Positions 13,157 through 24,064 of a stretch of DNA of 64,000 bases are shown piece by piece. Position 1 is the stretch's first letter; each line of letters starts with the position of its first letter. The notes beneath the pieces are model-generated. The model saw nothing but the letters and a program-made list of their open reading frames with translations, did not search any database and had not been told where the DNA came from. The stretch lies in assembly GCA_002633005.1 (NCBI GenBank), contig NMRA01000075.1, forward strand, positions 821,843-885,842, read 5' to 3'. A program made the position numbers and the translations under genes. Source of the stretch: Phoronis australis. Its lineage: Eukaryota; Animalia; Phoronida.

Positions 13157-13617
13157 TCTTCCCGCTTAATGGTGAAACTTGTTTTTGACAGAAAGGCCGG
13201 GGGTGATTGGCTGTCGCTTCGTCGTTTTGATTTTTATAAAAGCGCGATTTCTCATAGCCTGCCGACCGTGATCGCCGGACTCGCCCGGCATAGAGTCCTC
13301 AGTGCCTGGAGGTCGCGATTCCGGGGATATTTCGGATTTTACCCGAGTTCTCTGCCCGGAGTTGTGATCGTGCTACGATATAGATGTTAACGGAGACTCA
13401 GTTTTCTGTATCACGTTGTGCAGCCAATATATATGTCTGCCGGAAAATGAACTAGGCCAAACATGAATACTGTGACAAAGCTATCGGTGGTAAAGGCTGC
13501 TGAACACAGCGTTACGCTTCTGTCAATAGATGGCGCTTTTGGCAGTGGCGGCGCTGTTGTTTGAGAACTTAATTGTTTATTCAACACCCAAATACTGTAT
13601 AATTCCACGACGTCAAC

Positions 13618-13782
13618 GCCACAATTACCATACATTTATTGTCAATTTTGTTCAGTAGTAACCCTGAAAGGCTAACGTGTGTCAGTGTTTCGAAACATTT
13701 AATATTTGCATCAAACTGCCACCGCTGTTGTTCGCTTATATACCCGCTAGAGTATTTGAATAGTGCAAGATCCTTTTTATAG
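13618..13782 (+). promoter_or_regulatory. Type-3 RNA Pol III promoter of 7SK
   Basis: ZNF143/Staf-like GCCACAATTACCAT (~13618), octamer ATTTGCAT (13704-13711), PSE-position element (~13739-13758) and TATA-like TTTTATAG at about -30 (13775-13782). Confidence 0.6.
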
Positions 13783-13804
13783 AACACCCACGTTAGAAAG
13801 TTTT

Positions 13805-14108
13805 GGAAGCGTGTGTCCCGGTGACACATCTGAACATCGATCGCTGTTCTCGGCTGATCTGTCCAGACATTAGTGTCCCTAATAATGCACGAAACCAAAT
13901 AGACACTTCCCGCTGCCTTGTCGCACGGTTGAAGAGTCTCCAAATTACAATAGTTGTGACTGACGTCATGATTCTCGGGTTTACATAGTTTGTACCTGGC
14001 TTCTGAAGGCTTTGAAAATAGTCTAAATTGGGAAGTTGGGGAGAGCTCTAATTGACTTTGTGACGCTCCCAGAAATTGGCCCTGCGCGTGGCGGGTTGCC
14101 GGCTTTTT
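13805..14108 (+). ncRNA. RN7SK: 7SK snRNA
   Basis: 5' GGAAGCGT pairs with ACGCTCCC just before the 3' stem. The 5' hairpin carries ACATCTG...GATCGC...TCGGCTGATCTG...GTGTCCC, as in vertebrate 7SK. The 3' hairpin GGCCCTGCGCGTGGCGGGTTGCC resembles human GGCGCTGCATGTGGCAGTCTGCC. A T-run terminator follows, length is ~300 nt, and the upstream promoter fits. Confidence 0.9.
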
Positions 14109-16199
14109 GTTTTCGTTTTTTTTTTCATATTGTCTAATGTAGCGAATTATCTGGACCTGCAGTTAGGCTGAATTAAAATGTGAGCGTATTAGTTTTACGA
14201 CGTGTTTAGTGAGTTCACCATTATTTGCGCCAAGTAATGCGCAAAGGAAGCTTTCCCATTCGATCACCGCTTTATATTCGCAGTATGGCAAATAAGTAAA
14301 AGCAACTGTTAAAATTGGCATTCCATTCTTCGTATAGAATGTCTGACCTACTCGACGCCAATTAACGTGCAGGATGACGGAATTTCTTATCACCTTTAAT
14401 AAAAACCAAAGGCCGTGAGGGTAGGCCCAGTCGTTACGCAGGTGTCGTAGACGAGGCAATTCAGACTTTCAGATGGGCGACTTTCCATGGCAAAATTGTC
14501 CCAGCAATGGTTCATTTTGGGTTAAAACTTTGCTAAAGAGTTCACTTTTCGGGGTAGAACTCACTGTCATGGGGGTCTATATTATTAGGACGAATACAGT
14601 CTAACTGAATAGTCATTTTGGTGGGTTTAAAAGCTCTATACATGTATGAACGGATTTTGCCATAGATGATAAAAAATATCAACTACTGGGTAACAATTTC
14701 TTACCGAGAAGCCGTCCCAATAAACGCCGGGGCCCCTTTCAATTGTGTTTCCTCTCGTAAGTTTGGACGGTTTGAGTCACCGAAAACTAAGTATCCGGAC
14801 TCGTGTCCCGTGGATTGGGACCCAACTCAGTGTCGGTGCTGGCCCGTGCGAATCTGATCATGACATACAAGCCCTCTGAAAGAATCTGTGCAGCTCCATC
14901 CCGTACTGAGACAGAACCCAAACACGTACATGCTCATGTTTTTGCGTTCCTGCGCCATAGAAGTAAAAATCACTTGGTTAGCAGACAAATTTATCTTCGT
15001 CACTCCGGCCGTCAGGGCAATCACGCCCCGCCCCGTGCGTCGCAAGATTAGTTTCATCGGTNCCCCCCCCCCCTCCCTGCATCTGCTAGATAAGTCTCCA
15101 ATTGCAATTAGAAAAGTTATAACTGCATTTCATAAAATATGATCTTGACCCTATATGTCAAACGGAATTTGGCTGTGTTGTTATGCTGTGAATGTTATTT
15201 TCTTTTTTGCTAAATAAAAAGATGTATCAAAGCCATGTGACCCCGCAATTAGTGATATAAAAGCACAAAACCATTTCGACAGAGCATTCTACTTTCAGAA
15301 AACATGTGCCTATAATGAGATAAAATCTATAGTTTGAGCAGTCATTATGCTATCTTAGAATCTCTTGGGGAGTCAGTAGTATGTGTTCCACCAATGACTT
15401 GGCGCTTTTGGGTAACGGTCGATTATCGCCTGAACTGGCGACAACTTTTAAGAGAAAAATACACAATACATACTGAAAATGAGGAAACCAAAGAGGTTCA
15501 CATTTGCCTGTTAATAGTGTGTCATTTTTGATGTTCTTTGATATTTTACTCTTACAGATACGTTAAATTCAATCCTTTACCAGTACAATTTAATTTGGTC
15601 GCATATTAAAAATCGTTCGTTAACAGTCATGTTTGCTTGCGGCCTCTTTTTGGACAGGTCTGGTGACCAATAATTCTTCGCATTTAGGCTAAAATGAATT
15701 TGATCATCCCTTAGTTGGGTAGTGGTTATGCGATCTATTCAAAGGGTACTGTTTACACGGTGTTGTTCAGTATACACACTTCATACCTCATTAGAAGGTC
15801 ACTGAGCCCGGCTGGCTGCTTGTAGCATGAACAAGCCGCTTGGATCACCTGCTCCCAGCTTTTATTTCGAGGATCGACGAACGTGAATGTGTGCACTGAT
15901 ACATTCAACATGCACAGGGTAGCCTAAATACTAGCATTGCTATGTTTTCAACCGCGTGTTTTAACAAGAAGGGCTGCCAAACCATTCTTAGCGGCGGGTC
16001 TACGAATCTGTCTATGGAACAGTTTATCCGTGCTGGCGACGCACCCCTTAATCCGCAGCTGATTATGTACTTACATGTAAATACACGCACGTCTGACTGA
16101 TAAAAACGACTGCCCTGTTTGATTCGAGAGAGCGAATTTTTTTGCGCTTTGATTACCACGCCCCTGCGTCACGTCACTTGCGAATCACTTCAGCAGTAC

Positions 16200-16730
16200 A
16201 TGTGATTAATATCTATTGTTTTGCAGCACACTATCAGTGAATCCGTGTATTTAACAAACAGCTACAAAACTTGTTTTAACTAATGGTAAAAGTGGATATT
16301 TACTGAAGGTAGAAAGTCTGAATAATTCTATGCCAATATCTGCTAGTACTTTGGTCACGTGACCATTTGATTTTTATAAATTTAGGAAAAATAGTTCATT
16401 CAAGCAATACTACAGTATCCATAACATGTCCAAATGTCGTTTGATACAACTGAATTTTCAAGATGAAATCTCCAAACGCTGTTAAAAGTTTTCTAAATTA
16501 GCATTTCATTTTATGCGATTTTTAGTTTTTCCGTAAAAATCATAAATGTCCTATTTTTAGTTAGCCCGTCATGCAGAGTGGAACATTTTAAAACAATTCC
16601 TAAAAGCCTTTTAGAGAAAGTGAACCGAGCAAAATATCTGAAAGATTCATATGAATCCAATTGGCCATTTCTGAGGTATGATGTTCCGAACTTAACCGAA
16701 TTTGGACAATTTTCCTAGCCTCCAACGTAG
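16200..16730 (+). repeat. Old dispersed repeat family (~550 bp), copy 1
   Basis: Motifs GGTCACGTGACC...GAAATCTCCAAACGCTGTTA...GCCATTTCTGAGGTATGATGTTCCGAA...TTTGGACA recur in diverged form at ~17150-17595(+), ~17610-18060(-), ~26840-27330(-), ~29100-29600(+) and ~42780-42970(-). Confidence 0.6.
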
Positions 16731-17149
16731 CCAGTGTTTGTAGTGAATTACACCATTTAACTGTTCACGACACAGACAACACACACCTCGTTGATATCCA
16801 TTATAGTTTATTAAGATTTGATCCTCGGCTCGCACATGAAGAGCCAAAGACTGTTAAGTTGATTGCTTAGCTTAAGTGAACAAACAGTACGGATGATATT
16901 GCATAATTTCAAGGTGAATTAAGTAGTCTCTAAAGTGCAGCACAGTAGCTAGTTACACGGTGTTTTCCATAGCAAATATTTTATCAAAAGCCTAGTACTT
17001 GCTGGTGATGGTTAAAACGAAATATCTCACTAACTTGATTGAATTCTTGCTTCCGTTCGTTTGAAGTACAACGCACAAGTACGTTATGGTTATGTACTGT
17101 ACAAGTAGGATCTCATTGACAAGTCTGCGTACTTATCCAAAATGTCTTT

Positions 17150-18060
17150 AAAAGTATTGTGTTTAATCCAGTAAGAGTATAAAACTAAAACACATCTACA
17201 ACTTGATTTTTGAGTGGTTATCATTTGTCTTTTTGTAAAAACTTTGCGAAAGGACATTTAAATGGTTACCAAAATAATTTTATCAAATTTAGTTTTATGT
17301 GAATGTTCATGGTCAGCGAAATCTCAAAACGCTGTTACAATTTTCAAAATTAAAAATGTCATTTAGGTTTTCTTATACGCAATTTAACTTTTTTACGAAA
17401 ATCACAAAAGTGTTATATTTCAATAGCCCTGCATGTAAAAGTATAAACATTTTAAAAACAAGCCCTCTCGGCGTTTCTGGAGAATTGTGGATAAATCACA
17501 CACTGTAATCTGGACGTTTCACAGGAATCCGGTCAGCCATTTCCGAAACATGATGATCCGAAATTATTCAAGTTTGGACATTAATCTAGCGTTCTAAGTT
17601 ATTTAGGACCCTACAAAACGGAACATCATATCTGAGAAATGGCTGATCGCATGCTTATGAAATCTAATACCAAAACGCTGTTAAGAAATGTCCTTAAAAT
17701 TTAGGAAAAGGGAAAGTTATAATTTTCATGGGAAAATATCAAATTGTATGAAAACGGAATAATATTTTACAAAACTGTAATAGGCTTTTGATATTTCATC
17801 CTGAACATTCATTACATCGAAAAAAATGTGATCATGTTATTAATATGGTATTTTTTCTGTCAATGTACCTTCTTTTTGCTGAATATTACTGAAAACATGG
17901 TCAATTGACCAAATTAATGGTAGATTGCTAAAAAGTAAAAAATGAACTGATTCCGCATGCTTTATACTTTCAGAAAATATACACTACTAACTATTTTGTT
18001 AAAATCTATGGCAGATATTTGGCTAAATGCGCTAACTTACCAATAATATCCACCATAACC
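17150..18060. repeat. Two copies of the old dispersed repeat in inverted orientation
   Basis: CAGCCATTTCCGAAACATGATGATCCG (~17533) is mirrored by CGGAACATCATATCTGAGAAATGGCTG (~17619). Confidence 0.55.
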
Positions 18061-19595
18061 TTATGACATGACTTGTGTACTGAGCAAACGCCACGGATTA
18101 CAAAGGAATGTTAATTAGTCGTTTCAGTGCCGTGGTGTTAAAAAAAAAACGTAAGACTATTGCAACGACTTCTGGGTTTTGTCCCATATTTAATTGTGTG
18201 TTCCAAGAATGTTTCGCTGAAGAATATGGGTCTTCAGATTCATTTACTGCACAGTTTCGCGTTTTGCTGGCAGTAGGTTGCGCCGTGCTATGGGTTTTGT
18301 CACTAAAGTTTCGGAACTCGTCAGGTTCCAAGTAGCCTGGCTGTGGCAAGCAGCAAACTACGGACACAAACAGTTCGTATAGTATCTGCAAGCTGATGAT
18401 CGATATAATATTATAACTACATGTAGTTTTCTTTGAATAAGGAATCATCCACGGTGTTGTGCAACGTTATTATATAATTATGTGTGTTCATTCCTTTTGT
18501 GACTGTCGAATTCATTATTTGGTTGATTGTCAATGATTGAATCACGTTCCAGGTGCTTTGTTTCATTTATTAATCGGTCACTAATTTCAGGAGCAAAACT
18601 AAGAAAATGATGACACCTTGCCATATCTCCAGACATGATGAAATGTCCCGAAAGACCTCCTATGGGATCTTGTTCGGCCCCTTTTAGTCTACCTGTGGAT
18701 TATATGTTGTAACATTAACCTAAACCCTGGGGCTGTTTTGAAAACACCGGCACAGCGCAGACGATTCGTATTTGTACTCCTAAGTCGTCCATCGTCAACA
18801 GTTTTTGTTAATTCGTGTGTGTTGGTACGGTGCTAAAGTTGAGGCCATGGAGAAAAAAACATATTTGAAGAATTTCTTGTTGTTTGTATTAATACTAATG
18901 GGGCGTATTGGATAAAACGGAATAGTCACTTGATAGTGTACACCACGTAGATAGACAACAGGCTACGTCGCTTTTCACAATAGGCGTTTGAACGAACAGT
19001 TTAATCAAATTTGATTAGAATGCGACGGAATATTCTGTAAATATAGTCACAATGCTACCGAACCAAGATGGGAGAGTAAATATTGAACACCACACTCAAA
19101 ATAGAGTTCCTGGTAATATCTGTGTTGCGCATCAACGAGGTGTTAGTGTATGCGATTCCAATTTGGTAAAAAGTAGTCTACGTAAGCGTTGTCTTCCTTT
19201 CGTCCCTAACCATTATTTTACAGAGTGCACGTCGAGTATGAGATCGATGCAAGTCTTGTACTTGTTACTTGCCACATACACTGTATATCTATCATGGAAT
19301 GGCGTGATCGGGTTATTTTCTGTAAGAATGTTATTGAGAACCAACCGCCATATACCTAAATGCGTTAAATTGAAATAATTCTACGTAACCACGTCTGAAC
19401 TGTAATGTAGACAACTGCCATTTTATCGAGTCTGTCTTTTTAATATCTTGGACCAATGTCGGGGTGACCTGCATGATAAGCCCGTTCACATAGTAAACTT
19501 ATCCTGCACTAGTGTAATTTGTTCCTCCTCTAGCTGAGCGCCAACACGCATATATTCGACTCAAGGCGGAAGTTGTCGCCAGAGCACGCAAACGT

Positions 19596-19823
19596 TCACA
19601 AAAAACGGCGGGAGTTCAGGTTGTTGAATTTAATTGATTTTTTCACCTGGGTCGGTAAACGTGGGTTCATCAGGTCGGTGAGCCTGACGAGTACCGGTCC
19701 ACTTCTCGCGGGCTTTTCGAGGTCTTCTTGAACATGTGCGTCGCCTAATAGTTGAATGAATTTGAAAACCTCTTCCGTGGCCCATTTTTCCGTTCTTGGT
19801 GTCCCATTTGAAATTGAAGGCAT
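19596..19823 (-). pseudogene. Myb/SANT-like (trihelix) DNA-binding domain remnant, probably PIF/Harbinger-derived
   Basis: KWATEEVFKFIQLLGDAHVQEDLEKPARSGPVLVRLTDLM...PTQVKK..KFNNL fits the Myb/SANT-like pattern. Harbinger-like end TAA|GCCCGTTCACAT at ~19477. Confidence 0.55.
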
Positions 19824-20175
19824 GATAAAATTTAGCAAGAATAGAGTTTTGGAAACTTCGACAATGAACAGCTGATGCGAATACGGCGCGAAAAAGGGGA
19901 CTGACAACTCCCACTAGAATGCGTTAACTATAAAGCTCAGTGGCCAGTACACTGAGGTGGCGCTGCGGCACCAGAATTAAATCGAAGATGAATATCACTT
20001 TTTGTTAGTTGGAGACGCATTCCCTAAACATCAGAATTAAGTTTCATGTTAAGGGGGAAAAGTGTGCTGTAAAGAAAACTTGGTACCTCAGTTGAAAAAA
20101 ACAGCCTCCAAAAGACCTCATTCGGCAAGTACCCAGGTATTTTAAACGTATCCAATTAATGCAATTACCGCCCTG

Positions 20176-20405
20176 GATCCCGTTCCAAGAAACTTAGTTC
20201 AGACAAATATTAAACTTGAGTCAATTTTTAGATAAAACTTAAATTTGTTGTAAGTCCGTTTCAAGGAAATGAACTTAGGTTTGACTTAAGTTTTGTCTTA
20301 GATTTGACTTAACTTACCGGATGTGGATGTTTCAAAGTTTGGAGGCTGAGACAAATCTCAGACTTGAGTAAAAATGAACTTATGTTGCTTTCTTGGAACG
20401 GGACC
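20176..20405. mobile_element. PIF/Harbinger-type MITE
   Basis: TIR GATCCCGTTCCAAGAAA / TTTCTTGGAACGGGACC with a CTG direct repeat on both sides (20173-20175, 20406-20408). Confidence 0.7.
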
Positions 20406-21179
20406 CTGAATTTCATCGAATGTCGGTTTGTAATCAACTCACAAAAACAACGGATTTTGTTGTTTTACATCTTTGGTAAAAAGCAAAAAACGTATATATA
20501 TTGAGTTTGTTTGGGTTGTTGAAATACAGGCGGACGCCATACTTGTAGGACTCGGCCAACAGCCAGTGAATGTAAACATTCTCTATTCAAATTTGATATT
20601 TAGTGTGCGCTTCGTTTTGTTTGCAATGACATGTTGGCGCTGTATTGATTTGGATATCTTTTTTGTTATCTCAATTATTTAAGCGGCAGTTGATCGACTG
20701 AAGGGATTTGGAAGGCTCACGTGCCGCCTTTTTGGATAAAAATGTCTTGAGGCCTTTATAAACACAGATACATTTAAAAATCGATGTAATATGCAGCCAT
20801 TCAGTAGCGACCACACCTCGTCTATACGGAACTAATTATACTGTGAAACGTCGCTGAAGAGTATAAGTTTCTTTAAATATCTGAGCTGATAGGAGCTAAA
20901 CTTCCATTCTCTGGGCCTACATAATCCCTCTTACAGGTGAAAACGCTGTTTTTGTCGCGAAACATCATGTATTATATTGTAACAGTAGGCAACTACACGA
21001 TTCACCCCCAATAGGCGGGGTAAATTCACAACAACAGAAGAACGTAGTCCAATTAACAGTTCGTTTTATTTCTAAAATGCACTGTAGGTCACTTGTCTTT
21101 TAAAAACGTAAGCACCGGTTGATCTGTATCACAAAAGTTGATAGATGAAATAATCTCGCTTCACTTTTCGTAGTGCAAT

Positions 21180-21612
21180 CACTCGGTAGATATAACCACT
21201 CGCCATGCGCTTTGTGAGCGCAGCGTTGGACCCACGTTCACAAGGTAAATACGACAGCTGATTATGCTGTAAGTGTACTGTCGGAGCCACGTTCACACGA
21301 TAAATACAACCGCTCACCATACTGTAACAGCAGTTACGGAGCCATGTTCACACTATAAAAACAACCGCATACCATACTGTAAGAGCACTGTCGGAGCCAC
21401 GTTTACACGATAAATACAACCGTTCACCACACTGTAACAGCAGTGACGGAGCCACGTTCACACGATAATTACAGCCGCTCACCATATTGTAAGAGCAATG
21501 TTGGAGCCATAACCACTCGGAAATTATGACAGCGTACTACTGTAAGAGCAGTGTCTGAACCACGTCCACACGGTAGATACGAGTGCTCACCGTACTATAA
21601 GTGTTGGAGCTT
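21180..21612. repeat. 55-bp minisatellite, ~7-8 copies
   Basis: CGGAGCCA starts at 21282, 21337, 21392 and 21447 (period 55). Outer copies are degenerate. Confidence 0.85.
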
Positions 21613-21808
21613 CACTTAATCTAAAACTCTTCTATGCACAACTTTTCGTACTAAATGACTCGCACTGACCATGAAAACCTAAGTGTGTTATGAAACTCGC
21701 AATAAAAGTAAACTGAATGAATTAGATTTAGTTTCGCAATATAAGTAGGTAAGAATTTATTTCACGGTTGAGACAGCCTCGTCGAGGTGTTAACTTATCA
21801 TATTCATA

Positions 21809-22813
21809 TTATTCCTGAACAACAGATAAACAATTCATGTGGGAAAATTTTTTAGGAAGTCCGTCTATCCATCGGATGCATTTTTCAAACGTGAATGGAT
21901 CAACAGTTATGATTTTTGGTGTGTGTGAGGACCCGCCTTTACTAACAAGCTGCACCGCTATTGGGCTCCCAGGGTAGCCTACATCAAACTCCTCTTCGCT
22001 GTCACACTGGCTATTAATGCCAGCTAAGCTTCTCTTTTTGGTTACACCATCCCGCAGCTCGTGAACTCGCTCATCAAAATCAGTTATCTCTGACGAGTTA
22101 TTCTCTGGTGACAAACCTTTATTTTGGTTATCGTTATCGCCTGGTATGTATCCTTCAGTCACATCTGATTTATGGCTCTCCGATATCAGAAATTGTCCAT
22201 TTGTACACGGGGACTTAATTTTTTTATTTAAGTTAACATCCTTAATATCAAGGTCCTCTGTTAGACTTTTTTTCTGAACGTTATAGTATCTTTTATCGAT
22301 ACAGTTTTTGCTCAATACTGGTTTTTTGGTTCGTGGTGACGGAGTTGCCTGCTTTCGTAATTTCTTGTTTCGTCGAGTTACCAATTCTACGTCGTTGACG
22401 TTGTAATGACCACTGCCTTCTTTTAATAAATTCTCGAGTCTTGGCGTCGTTATCCCCACAGATGAAACCCTCTTGTCACTCCCATACTCTCCAACTGATG
22501 TAGACGTCGACGAATTAATAGTTCGTCTTAAACTGCCCGACACATGTCTATATTCACCAGTTCGTAGTACTTTTAAAGGTACCCCTTCGCCGGATTGTAA
22601 GCAATAATTTATCACCTTCTCGTCTTCGTAAAGCTGTGTAATCACCACGTCACAGTCCAGTCTTGTTTTCAACTCAGACTTGCGTGAAATATTCATCTCA
22701 TTTTTCTTGCGATCATTCGATGACAGAGCGACGTCGCTCCATTTGGAAGTTTTCAGCGCACCAATGCGAGGTAACCTCAGTGAGCCGGTGGACTCAAGCC
22801 GGAACGCATTCAT
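21809..22813 (-). CDS. Uncharacterised 334-aa protein, single coding exon
   Basis: Longest ORF in the window (1005 nt, uninterrupted in AT-rich DNA). Ser/Lys/Asp-rich with C-terminal DPFTFEKCIRWIDGLP. AATAAA ~50 nt after the stop (21756-21761, minus). Candidate acceptor TTCTTCTGCAG near 23574. Confidence 0.6.
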   Translation of the reverse strand: MNAFRLESTGSLRLPRIGALKTSKWSDVALSSNDRKKNEMNISRKSELKTRLDCDVVITQLYEDEKVINYCLQSGEGVPLKVLRTGEYRHVSGSLRRTINSSTSTSVGEYGSDKRVSSVGITTPRLENLLKEGSGHYNVNDVELVTRRNKKLRKQATPSPRTKKPVLSKNCIDKRYYNVQKKSLTEDLDIKDVNLNKKIKSPCTNGQFLISESHKSDVTEGYIPGDNDNQNKGLSPENNSSEITDFDERVHELRDGVTKKRSLAGINSQCDSEEEFDVGYPGSPIAVQLVSKGGSSHTPKIITVDPFTFEKCIRWIDGLPKKFSHMNCLSVVQE

Positions 22814-23800
22814 CCACGTTTCAACCTGTCAACGGCACTCGTTACCCCGATTTTGTTTTCAAACAGCGTTGCCACTTCTGATGTTTTGTATTGTCAGTTC
22901 AATACCCTCGTCAACAGCTATAATTCTGTTACCAGCAGCCGATATATGATCTTGAAAGTCAATATTTAGCCGTCAATCTTGAACAGATTTCTTGTGCAGA
23001 ACTCGGTGAGATTACACTGGATATGTGTACGAGTGAACCTGACGTGACCACAAGTTTAGGTCTCAGAACTACTGTTGATAGCGCTTTAATGAGCCCGTTT
23101 ATCTGACAAGCCGTTCCATAAACCATTCAATAGCGACGATCGCCGAGCATCGACTTCGGAAGGCCGGGCCTAGATTTGCTGCAAAGATAACGTCACTAAC
23201 GGGGAAGCCAATGCTGAGTTGTAGCAACGGCACGACAACGCCAGTCCTTCGGACAATTCCCGTCTGATTTTAGTTTATTCTTTGATATCACCGTAAATAA
23301 ACGTACGGTCTGTTTTGGTTTCCTTAACTTTTAATGAATGTTGCCTCGGTTTCCGTAATTTCGCGTCCCGTCCTTCACATATGTTGCGCAGAGGGGAAAT
23401 TGTACACATTAGACTTGCTCTCAAAAGCTACCAGCCTTTTAAGGTCGTCTCACAGTGACGTCATCGATTCGTGGGGTTCCTCAGGGCCCTCAACTTTGTC
23501 AAACACTTTTCAACACACCTATTCTACCCTATGATTTATCCACTTAATGTCACTGTTTAGCGACCATCTCCTCTGCAGAAGAATCGTAGGTGATGGTGGT
23601 ACGTTACTGTACGTACTGCTTAGGAACTACAACTACATGTACGGCAATTGAACAAAGAAGTTTCGTTCAAACTGTTTGTTGCGTCATATTCCAAAACACT
23701 ACAGCACGACATCGCAAAACATGTATGAAGCAACGATGTCTTGTTTGCCCAGGATATCGAATTCAAGTTGCTTTTAATATTGAATAGATTGCACTACTAT

Positions 23801-24064
23801 NNNNNNNNNNNNNNNNNNNNNNNNNNNNNNNNNNNNNNNNNNNNNNNNNNNNNNNNNNNNNNNNNNNNNNNNNNNNNNNNNNNNNNNNNNNNNNNNNNNN
23901 NNNNNNNNNNNNNNNNNNNNNNNNNNNNNNNNNNNNNNNNNNNNNNNNNNNNNNNNNNNNNNNNNNNNNNNNNNNNNNNNNNNNNNNNNNNNNNNNNNNN
24001 NNNNNNNNNNNNNNNNNNNNNNNNNNNNNNNNNNNNNNNNNNNNNNNNNNNNNNNNNNNNNNNN
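23801..24064. other. Assembly gap
   Basis: Run of N. Confidence 0.99.

Noticed and set aside
13283-13360. Resemblance to the tRNA-Sec 5' half (GCCCGG...TCCTCAGTG)
   Set aside because: No UCA anticodon arm and no T-arm.
14240-14475. RNase P/MRP-like words (GTTACGCAGG, CAATTCAGACT)
   Set aside because: No matching upstream CR-I able to form the P4 helix.
18711-18765. Telomerase-RNA-like template (TAACCTAAACCCT)
   Set aside because: Not a 1.5-repeat CTAACCCTAA template, and no clear pseudoknot or H/ACA domain.
21180-21612. CRISPR-like periodicity
   Set aside because: The whole unit repeats with no unique spacers, there are no cas genes, and the context is eukaryotic.
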